Shown here: piece after piece, positions 37,201-50,534 of the stretch
Layout of the letters: every line of letters begins with the position of its first letter
How positions within the stretch are numbered: position 1 is the first letter of the stretch
DNA from: Macrostomum lignano
Lineage: Eukaryota
DNA length: 64,000 nucleotides
NCBI GenBank assembly: GCA_002269645.1
Contig: NIVC01003714.1
Span: forward strand, 17,063 to 81,062
Direction of reading: 5' to 3'
Translations under genes and position numbers: made by a program
The notes under the pieces: generated by a model
The model's input: only the letters and a program-made list of their open reading frames with translations
The model's database searches: none
Told to the model about the DNA's origin: nothing

Positions 37201-40200
37201 TGCTCAGACCCTGTGGCAGCTGCTCAGACCCTCTGGCAGCTGCTTAGACCGTGTGGGAGCTGCTCAGACCCTGTGGCAGCTGCTCAGACCCAGTGGCAGC
37301 TGCTCAGACCCTCTGGTAGCTGCTTAGACCGTGTGGGAGCTGCTCAGACCCAGTGGCAGCTGCTCAGACCCTCTGGCAGCTGCTTAGACCGTGTGGGAGC
37401 TGCTCAGACCCAGTGGCAGCTGCTCAGACCGTGTGGAAGCTGCTCAGCTTCTTTGAAAGCTGCTCAGACCCAGTGGCAGCTGCTCAGACCCAGTGGGAGC
37501 TGCTCAGACCCTGTGGGAGCTGCTCAGACCCTGTGGGAGCTGCTCAGACCCTGTGGGAGCTGCTCAGACCCTGTGGGAGCTGCTCAGACCCTGTGGAAGC
37601 TGCTCAGACCCTGTGGCAGCTGCTCAGACCCAGTGGCAGCTGCTCAGACTCAGTGGGGATCAGAGTCCCAGTCTCAAGACTCACAGCTTCTTTTGCGGAT
37701 CGGCCGCCAAACGCTGCAGCAGTGGGCAGAGCTGCCGCAGGTAGTTCTCATCCCGGATGTTTACAGGCGTGTCGGGGGTGATGTGGTAGCTCACGTTGCT
37801 GGCATACCTAGCCAGGAAGTCCAACCAATTCACCTAAGTTAAATTAGAATAAGTTAAATCAAACAGCGGCTGCAGAGACGACTTCAGTAGGATGACGGGA
37901 AAATTCATTTCTAAGAAACTACGGAGATTGGAAATTTTGATTGTTTCTGCTAAGCTGGTTGGAAACTCACGCAGCCCACGTTGTCCATGAGGTAGCGAAC
38001 TGTGCTCGTGATGATCTTAGTGGAATCTCGGCGCTCCGACTCGGGCAGCGAAATCTGCAAAGCGGAGTCGCGGGCGCGGTGTCGAATTTCTAAGAAATGC
38101 AGGCCCCAAGGCGAAGTGGCAAAAATTTAGTTTCAAATTTCAATCGCCGTTGGCTTGAGGCGGCATCAGCAGATTCTCGGGGACTGTTTGTTTATCGATT
38201 CCCGAATGAAACCCGAATCCAGCAGCACTGAGCTGCTGCAAGGCTCTGCTTTCTAAGACTAAAAGCGAACTGCTGTTGCTAGCATGGTATATAGTATGTA
38301 GCATGGTTGCTATGGTATACATGTGGTTGCTATAGTATCTATTATGGTTGCTATGGCATGTAGTATGGTTGCTATGGTATGTAGTATGTCATGACGGTTG
38401 CTATGACATGTAGTATGTGCTATAGTATGTATTGTGGTTGCTATGGTAATCTATTATCGTTGCTATGCTATACAGTACGGTTGCTATGGTATATGTTATT
38501 GTTGCTATGGTATGTACTATTGTTGCTATGGTGTAAAGTATGGTTGCTATGGTATACATTAAGGGGGCCGTAGCCCAGCGGTAGCGCAGCTGCTCTGGTG
38601 TGCCAGCGACCCAGGCTCGATTCCAAGTGCAGTCACATTAATTTGGGGCTGAATTGGAAACTCGGCTTGGCTCTGCTCGTGCAATTAACGGCCTTGAGAG
38701 CCAACCCCCCAAGGCGCAGTGAAGTGTACATGCCTAACGATAAAATAAAGTTAGAGCCGCTGTACAATCCTGTGTGAGTGTGTGCCTGCGTACGTATCCG
38801 CGCGCTTGTATGCCTGCTCAGGGGAGTCGGCGGAATGGGCAGTAATGCCTCTCGCCGGTTGTGTGACAATGTCGCTTAAAGTGCGCCAGGGTGCACACAA
38901 CCCCCCTGCCTCTAATAAAAAATAAAAAAATGGTATACATTATGGTTGCTATGGTATATATTATGGTTGCTATGGTATGCATTGTGGTTGCTATGGTGTA
39001 AAGTATGGTTGCTATGGTATACAGTACGGTTGCTATGGTATACAGTACGGTTGCTATGGTATACAGTACGGTTGCTATGGTATATATTATGGTTGCTATG
39101 GTATACAGTACGGTTGCTATGGTATACAGTACGGTTGCTATGGTATATATTATGGTTGCTATGGTATGTATCATGGTTGCCATGGTAACTATTATTTAAT
39201 TGTCTGTTAAATACACCATTGCTATGGTCATCAAGATCGTCGTCAATAGGGCACCCGAAAGCACCGCACAAACGAGCAGCACTGTGAGAACAGACACGCG
39301 TAGCCTCAGTCTCACCTGGGCAATCTGCTTCTCCAAGTCGATCAGGTCCGTGACGTTCGACTGCGTCAGGTTGAAGTTGAACAGCTGCGCCACGCTCAGC
39401 AGCGCCTCGGACAGAGCGGCCAGATTGGTGGCCGAGCCGTTGCCAACGTAATTCTCCCGCACGCCCAGGATGGTCCTGGCCTGGCCGAAGCAGAGCACGT
39501 GCCGGCTGGAGTTCGAGTTGTCCGGCTCCACGTCCACGGTGAAGAACGGCAGGCTCTCGGTGTGCGCGAGCAGGAACTGCACCACCTCCGCGATGCCCTT
39601 CGTCAGGTTCCAGGCGCTGGCATTGAAGGCCGGTCCGCCGGCCGGACGGTGGGCAGCCCAGGGACCCAGCGGGGCGATCATGTTGGTCACGGGCTCGACT
39701 CCGGAGGCCTCCCGGGCCGAGACGTTCATGCAGGAGGCGTACAGGCGGCCCGCGTTGGCGTAGAGCTCCGCCGAGAAGGCCGAACGCAGCGATGGTGAGG
39801 CGTGCGCAGCCGGGGGAGCCGGCGATTCTGGGAGGGGCAGTGAGGGAAAAGCTGGAGGTGATCACAAATCCCATGATCACAAATCCCATGATCCTGAATC
39901 TCATAGTCCCAAATCTCATGATCCCAAATCCCATGATCCCAAATCCCATGATCCCAAATCCCATGATCCCAAATCACACCATCACAAATCCTATGATCAC
40001 AAATCTCATGATCCCAAATCCCATGATCCCAAATCCCATGATCCCAAATCACACCATCACAAATCCTATGATCACAAATCTCATGATCACAAATTAGATG
40101 ATCACAAATTACATGATCCTGAATCTCATGATCCCAAATCCCATAATCCCAAATCACATGATCGCGAATCCAAAGATCCCGAATCCCATGATCTGGAATC

Positions 40201-42801
40201 TCATGATCCCGACCGAATCCAAAGAGTCCGAATCCAAAGATATCGAATACCAAGATCCCGAATCACATGATCCCGAATCCCATGATCCCGAATCCCATGA
40301 TCCCGAATCCCATGACCCAGAATCCCATGATCCCGAATCCAAAGATTCCGAATCCCATGATCCCGAATTACATGATTCCGAATCCCATGATCCCGAATTA
40401 CATGATCCCGAATCCCATGATCCCAAATCCCAAGATCCGAATCCCATGGTCTCAAATCTGCAACAAGCTGAAGAAGACGGGGTCAATCGCAATCCCATGA
40501 CTAAGTCCCATTGACCGAGGTCTGACTGGATCGATGTCAGCCAGAAATTCAGTTGTTAATCCATAAATGATTCACAACTGTCTGACAGGGTTCGGGCTCC
40601 GGCATTGGGGGATTAGCTGTCCTTGGGGAAATTGCCTCGATCTGCCTGCTAATCCTGAATTGATGAAGAGGGCCCGCAGAGCCTCCCATCCAGCAACCAG
40701 GTTTTGCCGCTGTCTGCTTTCCTTCCTCTTGTGCGAGAAGGAATTTCTCTCCGGGTTTTCGGTGCAATGCTTTGCATGCCGGTGTGCAGCGAGAGCACTG
40801 CGGCAGCCCTGTCCATTGAGCTGATTGCTCATCAGAAAACTGTTGAAAGCTTCACTAAGACTTCAAAGCTTCCGATACTGAATCCCCAAATCACACGATT
40901 AAGATGTAAAATCTATGATCTCGAACTATATTTTATAGTCCAAAACCCCATGATCCTAAATGCCTAGATCCCAAATCTTTCGATCCCGAATCCAATGATC
41001 CCGAATCCCATAGTCCCGAAATCAATAATCCCGAATCCAATGATCCCGAATCCCATAGTCCCGAAATCAATAATCCCGAATCCAATGATCCCAAATCCCA
41101 AAATCCCGAATCCAATGATCCCGAATCCCATAGTCCCGAAATCAATAATCCCGAATCCAATGATCCCGAATCCCAAAATCTCGAATCCAATGATCCCGAA
41201 TCCCATAATCCCGAAATCAATAATTCCGAATCTAATAATCCCGAATCCAATGATCCCAAATCCCAAAAACACGAATCCAATGATATCGAATCCCATGATC
41301 CCGAATCCAATGATATCGAATCCCATGATCCCGAATTTCATGATCCCGAGTCCAATGATCCCGAATCCAATGATCCTGAATCCAATGATCTCAAATCCAA
41401 TGATCCCGAATCCAATGATCCCGAATCCAATGATCCCGAATCCAATAATCCCGAATCCCATTATTCCAAATCCAATGATCCCGAATCCGCCTTGCTGTGC
41501 GACGTCATGACTGTCATGGGCTATCTGATGGCCATCCGAACGTCACAGTAAAAATGGGATTTATTCAAAGCCAGCGGCCACCCAACCACCCGCCTACCCA
41601 GGATGCTGCGCAGGAGGATCTCATTGGCCTCGGCCTGCAGGCTGAATGACGTCACCCGCTGCGTGCCCGGCGGAATCGCCACCCGCTTGCGAAACGAGCC
41701 GCAGGCGAATTCGTAGAAATCTTCGCACGGATTGGCGGCCTCGTTCATGTAGGACAGAATCCTGGCGCTCAGGCTGATGCACTCCGGGTCCAGGCACACC
41801 ACTGCGGGACCGGCGGCGTTGCTGACCATCTCACATCCACTCTCACCCCATCCACTCTCACTCCATCATCTACTCTCACATCATCATATACTCTCACCCA
41901 TCCACTCTCACTCCATCATCTACTCTCACCCATCCACTCTCACTTCATCTACTCTCATTCAATCCACTCTCACTCCATCATCTACTCTCACCCATCCACT
42001 CTCACTTCATATACTCTCATTCAATCCACTCTCACTCCATCATCTACTCTCACCCATCCACTCTAACCCTACCCACTCACCCCATTCACTCTCACCCCAT
42101 CCACTCTCACCCCATCCACTCTCACCCAATCCACTCTCACCCTATCCACTTTCACCCCATCCACTCTCACCCCATCCATTCTCACCCTATCCACTCTCAC
42201 TCTATCACTTTCACCCCATCCTCTCTCACTTCATCCACTATCACTCATCCACTCTAACCCCTGGGCCCCCTCAAAGCCCCCTTCAATCTACTCTCACCCC
42301 CATTCACTCACCCATACCTATGCACAATATCCACACGTACATCTATGCATTTCTCGGTCAATCGAACCAAAGTACACAATGCACTTCTCTACTCCCAGTC
42401 GCGCAGGCCTCCCCACGCATTCCCAAAGAGTTCTGGAACTCACTGGACAAGTTTTCGCCCTTCGCTGGTGGCCCGGGCACCACCTCCTTGCGGTACTGCA
42501 CCTCGAAGCTGTGCTGGGGCGCCGGGCAGGTGACGCGATAGAGGAAGGCCGCCAGCAGCAGCACTAAAATGGTCAGGACGCACACAGCAATGAACAAAAA
42601 CTTTTCCAGATAGTTCCGCTGACGAAAATAGTTGCGAAGTCGCTGCAGCCGGCTGGCCCGGGGCCGGGGCACCGTCACTGTTGGGACATTCTGGAACGCC
42701 TCGCCGGCTGTGCCGATGGCGCCAGCTCCGCTGCCAGCAATGCCGCTGCTGCTGCCGCCGATCTCGCTGTCCTCGTCAAGGTTGGAGCGGACGTACTTCA
42801 T
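34269..42801 (-). CDS. Neprilysin/endothelin-converting-enzyme-like M13 metallopeptidase (type II membrane)
   Basis: Exons 42444-42801 (ATG, TM helix FLFIAVCVLTILVLLLAAFL), 41598-41801 (CLDPEC...NPCEDFYEFACG), 39316-39827, 37971-38054, 37685-37833, 36233-37106 (INAYY, HEVTHGFD, GESIADNGG), 35516-35614 and 34269-34445 (DPHPP..RV...CP...MNP.KKC.VW*); all phases are consistent. Confidence 0.93.
34755..35380. repeat. 15/30-bp minisatellite (GGGAATTGGGGATTC GGGAATTGGAGATTA)n
   Basis: Visible two-unit alternation. Confidence 0.95.
35830..36212. repeat. Degenerate CCTAGCAACCG repeat
   Basis: About ten copies of the core with variable linkers. Confidence 0.85.
37135..37660. repeat. 20-bp minisatellite (GCTGCTCAGACCCTGTGGGA)n
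   Basis: Visible. Confidence 0.95.
38275..39190. repeat. 21-bp minisatellite (GGTTGCTATGGTATACAGTAC)n, split by a SINE
   Basis: Arms at 38275-38561 and 38930-39190. Confidence 0.92.
38562..38929 (+). mobile_element. tRNA-derived SINE
   Basis: GGGGCCG head, A-box TAGCCCAGCGG (38571), B-box GGCTCGATTCC (38614), A-rich tail AATAAAAATAAAAAAA, and 13-bp TSD ATGGTATACATTA at 38549-38561 and 38930-38942. Confidence 0.85.
39858..41490. repeat. 15-bp minisatellite (ATGATCCCGAATCCC/A)n in two arms
   Basis: Arms ~39858-40500 and ~40945-41490 flank a unique island. Confidence 0.92.
41828..42320. repeat. CTCACCCCATCCACT-type ~15-bp repeat
   Basis: Visible, degenerate. Confidence 0.88.
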
Positions 42802-44983
42802 GACTAGTCCGCTGCAACAATTGCAAAGATTTTTTATTTTATCTTGTTTTTCTCGTAATATAAAATTTACAAGATGCACAAACTTGAAAAACAGCAATAA
42901 CCTTAAAACATCAATCAAATGAATTAAAAATAAAATTTTACTAACATAAAAACATGACATACAGCTCAATCAAACTAAATAGGCGGAAATTCGGTGATAA
43001 AAATTACTAGAAACGAGACTCAATAAGTTTTTAATATTACGCATTGTGCAGCAAAAAAGTTTTCTGTGGAAAGGTTAAAAGTTCTATCAAAAAGAAGAAA
43101 GATTTAACCATTGATATAACCAATTATAACCATTGTCATTGATATAAAATATTACGAATATTTAACTATTGATCTGTTAAAATTTCTCTAGATGGCCTCT
43201 ACCTTCACTTATATTGTATACTTTAATAAGGCTAGAAAATTCCTGATTTGAAAATTAAGTCAAAACAAAAGCGAAAGTGGATTTAATCACTTTGCTTTAT
43301 GAACTAAGAATAAGAACTACAAACTTTAAAACAAGCATTGTAAAATTTGATTTAGAAGCCAAGAAAAAGCTAGACCTCCCATTTTCTGCAAAGTTTACGG
43401 TAGCCAAACCAGCAAGATTTTAAAACGGTACAATTTCAGTAAATTTTGAGGCTTCAGAGCCAACCTCGCTGTTAAAAGAACGTATTTTCCACTGTCGAAT
43501 TTCGGACATACTCAAGTAAAACTTAAACAAATATATATATATATATAGAAAGACAGTAGCTAAAGTAAGAAATTAAGCTATTTTTATTACAAGGTAATTT
43601 TCTAAGCTTGTAAATTCAAGGGATTTTCTGTTTAAAACTAGTTTAGAAAAGCATCGTATCGAATTTAAAGTAAAACATATGACAAGCATATATGATCAAA
43701 ATGATGTCAATGCACCTTACAGTAGTGCACCCTTGAAAAATTTGCGCTTCTAAAGGTTATCTTATCTGATCCATGCAGTAATCAGTGCGGAAGCCGAGAA
43801 ATTCCCAAGAAATTTATGTTGTCGAGTTTCCCAACTCAGCTTAATCCATGTTTTTATAATTTTATTTTAGCACAAATCACAATCAAGTCACAATCACTAA
43901 TCACTAATGCAGGAAGAATCAGAATGACTTATTTCGATTTTATTGTTACTTACTGCTCCTGAGTTTATCTTAATCACGTTTAATTACTTTTAATTTAGGT
44001 AATTTTTAAATCATATCAACTTAAACCTATTTTATAGCTTAGTTAGGCCTATCTAATCTTTTTAGAATAGCAAGGCTACTTAAGTTTAGTAACACTTTTT
44101 TTAATTAACAATATTTGGCACCATAAGTGTCAAAATGGGGGTAGGACCAGGGGGCCATCAATGGTTCCTGCCCCTCCCCTATTTTTAGCAACTTTTAATA
44201 TATACTTTTTAAAATAGAATAGGCCTACTAAAATTATTATAAATTTTTAATCCATATAAGTATTTGCTACTTTTATTTCTTTTTTTAAAAGACAGAGACT
44301 AAAATACATTTTAGATTGTTTCAGATTTAGGATCCAATATCTATTAGATCAGTAATTAGTTGATTATCACAAATGAGTAATAATCAATGATCAAGTACAT
44401 ATATTATCTATACTTTGAATCATGTTAAATATATGTCAGAATTCATATTAGAACCAAATGCACATTAGAATATTCTAGTATTAATAATATCTTCTGTAGT
44501 GTATGTAATATATAATATGCTATTTCTTATACTTAAAGTTAAGGTAGCTAGGTTTAATGCATATATCTTCCTAGACAGCTGGCAACTTGAATTTAGGACT
44601 TCTATATATCAATACAGAATTTTCCTAATGAAACAGATAGGCTATTTTATTGTTGAAAATTTGAAAATTACATTTGTTAAAAAACAGAAAACACATCTAT
44701 TAAAACTTTTTAGCTACCTTTTCTACAACTATTTTAAATTGAAAATTTGCACCAATTTTGAGTGACAGTGCCAGTGCAACATTTTCCTATCTTGGCAGTG
44801 CATTCTGTCTATGGAGGGATGATGGCATGCTTTGAAAAAAGTACAGAAAGGAAATAGCTATCAATTTCTAGTTGCCACTGTGTATTGAAGGCGAATGAAG
44901 GGGTACCATAGGTGACCCGTGTCATCTGACTAAGCACTGGTAGTCATGGTTGCAGTTACTGCAAGCTACAGCACTATAAGAAT

Positions 44984-45616
44984 ATGCATTGGAAACCATC
45001 ATTTGCTGGCATGAAGCGCGCATCAGCAGCCGCTGCCACAGCTGCCAGGTCATGGCGGGACTCCGCCTCGCTGATCCTCGTCACCGAGGGTCTCCGCGTG
45101 CTGCTGCTCAAGCGCGCCGCCAAGAGCTCCTTCTTCGCTAACGCGCGCGTTTTTCCCGGCGGCGCGTTTGACCCCGGCGTAGACGCGAGCGCCGATTGGC
45201 TGCCGCTGTTCCGCGCCAACGGCGGGCGCAGCTTCGCCGCCTGGCACCCCGGCGCCGACGGCTTGGCGGCTCAGGCGGCGCAGTTTGCCTCGGCGCGGAG
45301 GGCGCCAATTTTCGAGTCAGGCGCCGCCGCGTCCGTGGCGCCGCTGGCACTGCTGCCCGAGGTGGCGCTGAGGATCTGCGCCCTGCGCGAGACTTTCGAA
45401 GAGTGCGGCCTCCTGCTGGCTGCGGACGGCGACGGCAACCGGGTGCCGCACGACACGTGGGCGAGCGGGCCGGAGCTGCGGCTGGCCGAGTGGCAGGTGA
45501 GGGCGGCAGCCAGCGAGCCTCCGGGCTTCTGCTGCAACTGATCTCTGGGAGACTTTTCATTCGCATTGGGGACCCTTAGAGACACACAGACAGACAGCAC
45601 ACACACACAGGCACCA

Positions 45617-45657
<41 letters not shown>

Positions 45658-45707
45658 GCACACACACAGGCACCAAGACAGAGAGGCAGACAGACAGACA
45701 CTAAGAC

Positions 45708-45780
<73 letters not shown>

Positions 45781-48205
45781 CTAAGACAGATAGACAGACA
45801 CTAAGACAGACAGACAGACACTAAGACACTAAGACAGACAGATACTCAGACACTAAGACACTAAGACAGACAGACAAACACTAAGACAGACAGACAAACA
45901 CTAAGACAGACACTAAGACACTAAGACAGACAGACAGACACTCAGACACTAAGACAGACAGACAGATACTCAGACACTAAGACAGACAGACAGATACTCA
46001 GACACTAAGACAGACAGACAGATACTCAGACACTAAGACAGACAGACAGATACTCAGACACTAAGACAGACAGACACTCAGACACTAAGACAGACAGACA
46101 GATACTCAGACACTAAGACAGACAGACAGATACTCAGACACTAAGACAGACAGACAGATACTCAGACACTAAGACAGACAGACACATACTCAGACACTAA
46201 GACAGACAGACAGATACTCAGACACTAAGACAGACAGACACTCAGACACTAAGACAGACAGACACTCAGACACTAAGACAGACAGACACTCAGACACTAA
46301 GACAGACAGACACTAAGATACTAAGACACTAAGACAGACAGACACTCAGACACTAAGACAGACAGACACTCAGACACTAAGACAGACAGACACTCAGACA
46401 CTAAGACAGACAGACACTCAGACACTAAGACAGACAGACACTCAGACACTAAGACAGACAGACACTCAGACACTAAGACAGACAGACACTAAGACGCTAA
46501 GACAGACAGACACTAAGACGCTAAGACAGACAGACAGAGACAGGCTCTCCCGCAGTCCGCAGTGAAGCAAGACGGTCGCGAGTTCCTCCGCCTGTTTAGC
46601 AGCCTGGGCCTGTGCCCGGACCTGCACAGCCTGTACGAGTGGTCGAACTGGCTGACGCCCTCCACCCTGTCCTCGCCCCGCCGGTTCGACACGGCCTTCT
46701 TCCTCTGCTGCCTGCCGGCCGCCTTCCAAGTGCGGCTGGACCTGGCGGAGATGTCCGGCGAGCACGACTGGCTGCCGCCCGTGGAGGCCATCGACAGGTG
46801 CGCGCTGTGAAGGTCTGCGTTTCCGGCGGTATCTGGGATCAAGTGGGTCAGGATCATGTATCTAATGGGTCAGGATCATGTATCTAATGTGTCAGATAAT
46901 GTATCTAATGGTTCAGGATCATGTACCTAATGGTTCAGGATCATGTATCTAATGATTCAGAATCATGTATCTAATGGGTCAGGATCTTGTATCTAATAGG
47001 TTAGGATCATGTTTCTAATAGGTCAGGATCATGTATCTAATGGGTCAGGATCATGTATCTAATGTGTCAGGATCATGTATCTAATGGTTCAGGATCATGT
47101 ATCTAATAGGTCAGGATTATGTATCTAATGGGTCAGGATCCTGTATCTAATGGTTCAGTATCATGTATCTAATGGGTCAGGATCATGTATCTAATGGTTC
47201 AGTATCATGTATCTAATGGGTCAGGATCATGTATCTAATGGGTCAGGATCATGTATCTAATGGGTCAGGATCCTGTATCTAATGGTTCAGTATCATGTAT
47301 CTAATGGGTCAGGATCATGTATCTAATGGGTCAGGATCCTGTATCTAATGGTTCAGTATCATGTATCTAATGGGTCAGGATCATGTATCTAATGGGTCAG
47401 GATCCTGTATCTAATGGTTCAGTATCATGTATCTAATGGGTCAGGATCATCATGTATCTAATGTGTCAGGATCATGTATCTAATGGGTCAGGATCATCAT
47501 GTATCTAATGTGTCAGGATCATGTATCTAATGGGTCAGGATCATGTATCTAATGGGTCAGGATCATGTATCTAATGGTTCAGTATCATGTATCTAGTGGG
47601 TCAGGATCATGTATCTAATGGGTCAGGATAATGTATGAAATGGGTCAGGATCATCATGTATCTAATGGGTCAGGATCATGTATCTAATGGGTCAGGATCA
47701 TGTATTTAATGGGTCAGAATTTATTAATTTAAAAATCCGCCCTGCCAGGTTCCACTCCGAGCCGGCCTTCAGCCTTTCGCCACCCACCCTGTACGAGCTG
47801 GCCAAGCTGGCCGGCCAGGCCGACTCCCTGCAGTCGCTGGAGGCCTTCGCCAAGCACCGCGGCCGCCTGGGCACGGAGCTGTACTTCCCCGTGCTGGGCG
47901 TCGGCCAGCGCCTGGCCTTCACAATGCACCCCGGCGACTGCCGCTACCCAGCCAGCCCCGACTTCAACTCCGGCCGGCACGTCGACCTCGGCGGCATCGG
48001 CGACGATCAGCTGATGCGGGACCGGCCTGCCAACCGGATTGTGCATGCGGTGAACCCGGACGCCGAGCGTCACGTGACTCCCGAGGGAGCCGTCAGGCCG
48101 GCGCTGAAATCGGGGCCGAGCGCCAAGTTTAGGCTGGACTGCCGCGGCCTGCGGCCCCTGTGCGGCTTCCGGCCGCCCCTTGTGCCTCCGTGTGCCAGGC
48201 TGTAG
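44984..48205 (+). CDS. NUDT19: Nudix hydrolase 19-like peroxisomal acyl-CoA diphosphatase
   Basis: Exons 44984-45496, 46556-46797 and 47749-48205 in phase. Motifs WRDSASLIL, LLLKRA.KSSFF.NA.VFPGG, ALRICALRETFEECGLLL, WSNWLTP...RRFDTAFF, LSPPTLYEL; C-terminal ARL* is a PTS1. Confidence 0.9.
45580..46542. repeat. (GACA)n with regular CACTAA/CTCAGA interruptions
   Basis: Visible; fills NUDT19 intron 1. Confidence 0.95.
46845..47717. repeat. 22-bp minisatellite (GGGTCAGGATCATGTATCTAAT)n
   Basis: Visible; fills NUDT19 intron 2. Confidence 0.95.
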
Positions 48206-48210
48206 GAGTC

Positions 48211-50534
48211 TGTTTACAGACTGTCTGTAATGTGTGGCCCGGTTATGTTTACAGACTGTCTGTAATGTGTGGCCCGGTTATGTTTACAGACTGTCTGTAA
48301 TGTGTGGCCCGGTTATGTTTACAGACTGTCTGTAATGTGTGGCCCGGTTATGTTTACAGACTGTCTGTAATGTGTAGCCCGGTTATGTTTACAGACTGTC
48401 TGTAATGTGTGGCCCGGTTATGTTTACAGACTGTCTGTAATGTGCGGCCCGGTTATGTTTACAGACTGTCTGTAATGTGTGGCCCGGTTATGTTTACAGA
48501 CTGTCTGTAATGTGTGGCCCGGTTATGTTTACAGACTGTCTGTAATGTGTGGCCCGGTTATGTTTACAGACTGTCTGTAATGTGTGGCCCGGTTATGTTT
48601 ACAGACTGTCTGTAATGTGTAGCCCGGTTATGTTTACAGACTGTCTGTAATGTGTGGCCCGGTTATGTTTACAGACTGTCTGTAATGTGTAGCCCGGTTA
48701 TGTTTACAGACTGTCTGTAATGTGTGGCCCGGTTATGTTTACAGACTGTCTGTAATGTGTAGCCCGGTTATGTTTACAGACTGTCTGTAATGTGTGGCCC
48801 GGTTATGTTTACAGACTGTCTGTAATGTGTGGCCCGGTTATGTTTACAGACTGTCTGTAATGTGTGGCCCGGTTATGTTTACAGACTGTCTGTAATGTGT
48901 GGCCCGGTTATGTTTACAGACTGTCTGTAATGTGTGGCCCGGTTATGTTTACAGACTGTCTGTAATGTGTAGCCCGGTTATGTTTACAGACTGTCTGTAA
49001 TGTGTGGCCCGGTTATGTTTACAGACTGTCTGTAATGTGTAGCCCGGTTATGTTTACAGACTGTCTGTAATGTGTAGCCCGGTTATGTTTACAGACTGTC
49101 TGTAATGTGTGGCCCGGTTATGTTTACAGACTGTCTGTAATGTGTAGCCCGGTTATGTTTACAGACTGTCTGTAATGTGTGGCCCGGTTATGTTTACAGA
49201 CTGTCTGTAATGTGTGGCCCGGTTATGTTTACAGACTGTCTGTAATGTGTAGCCCGGTTATGTTTACAGACTGTCTGTAATGTGTGGCCCGGTTATGTTT
49301 ACAGACTGTCTGTAATGTGTGGCCCGGTTATGTTTACAGACTGTCTGTAATGTGTGGCCCGGTTATGTTTACAGACTGTCTGTAATGTGTGGCCCGGTTA
49401 TGTTTACAGACTGTCTGTAATGTGTGGCCCGGTTATGTTTACAGACTGTCTGTAATGTGTAGCCCGGTTATGTTTACAGACTGTCTGTAATGTGTGGCCC
49501 GGTTATGTTTACAGACTGTCTGTAATGTGTAGCCCGGTTATGTTTACAGACTGTCTGTAATGTGTAGCCCGGTTATGTTTACAGACTGTCTGTAATGTGT
49601 AGCCCGGTTATGTTTACAGACTGTCTGTAATGTGCGGCCTGGTTATGTTTACAGACTGTCTGTAATGTGTAGCCCGGTTATGTTTACAGACTGTCTGTAA
49701 TGTGCGGCCCGGTTATGTTTACAGACTGTCTGTAATGTGTGGCCCGGTTATGTTTACAGACTGTCTGTAATGTGTGGCCCGGTTATGTTTACAGACTGTC
49801 TGTAATGTGTAGTCCGGTTATGTTTACAGACTGTCTGTAATGTGTAGCCCGGTTATGTTTACAGACTGTCTGTAATGTGTGGCCCGGTTATGTTTACAGA
49901 CTGTCTGTAATGTGTAGCCCGGTTATGTTTACAGACTGTCTGTAATGTGTGGCCCGGTTATGTTTACAGACTGTCTGTAATGTGTAGCCCGGTTATGTTT
50001 ACAGACTGTCTGTAATGTGTGGCCCGGTTATGTTTACAGACTGTCTGTAATGTGTGGCCCGGTTATGTTTACAGACTGTCTGTAATGTGTGGCCCGGTTA
50101 TGTTTACAGACTGTCTGTAATGTGCGGCCTGGTTATGTTTACAGACTGTCTGTAATGTGTGGCCCGGTTATGTTTACAGACTGTCTGTAATGTGCGGCCT
50201 GGTTATGTTTACAGACTGTCTGTAATGTGCGGCCTGGTTATGTTTACAGACTGTCTGTAATGTGCGGCCTGGTTATGTTTACAGACTGTCTGTTATGTGC
50301 GGCCTGGTATGTTTACAGACTGTCTGTAATGTGTGGCTCGGTTATGTTTACAGACTGTCTGTAATGTGTAGCCCAATTATGTTTACAGACTGTCTGTAAT
50401 GTGCGGCCTGGTTATGTTTACAGACTGTCTGTAATGTGCGGCCTGGTTATGTTTACAGACTGTCTGTAATGTGTGGCCTGGTTATGTTTACAGACTGTCT
50501 GTAATGTGCGGCCTGGTTATGTTTACAGACTGTA
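48211..50534. repeat. 35-bp minisatellite with palindromic core, ~2.3 kb
   Basis: (TGTTTACAGACTGTCTGTAATGTGTGGCCCGGTTA)n starting a few bases after the NUDT19 stop. Confidence 0.97.

Noticed and set aside
38562-38640. Functional tRNA gene
   Set aside because: The anticodon arm lacks a 7-nt loop, there is no acceptor stem or T-run terminator, and the body, tail and TSD indicate a SINE.
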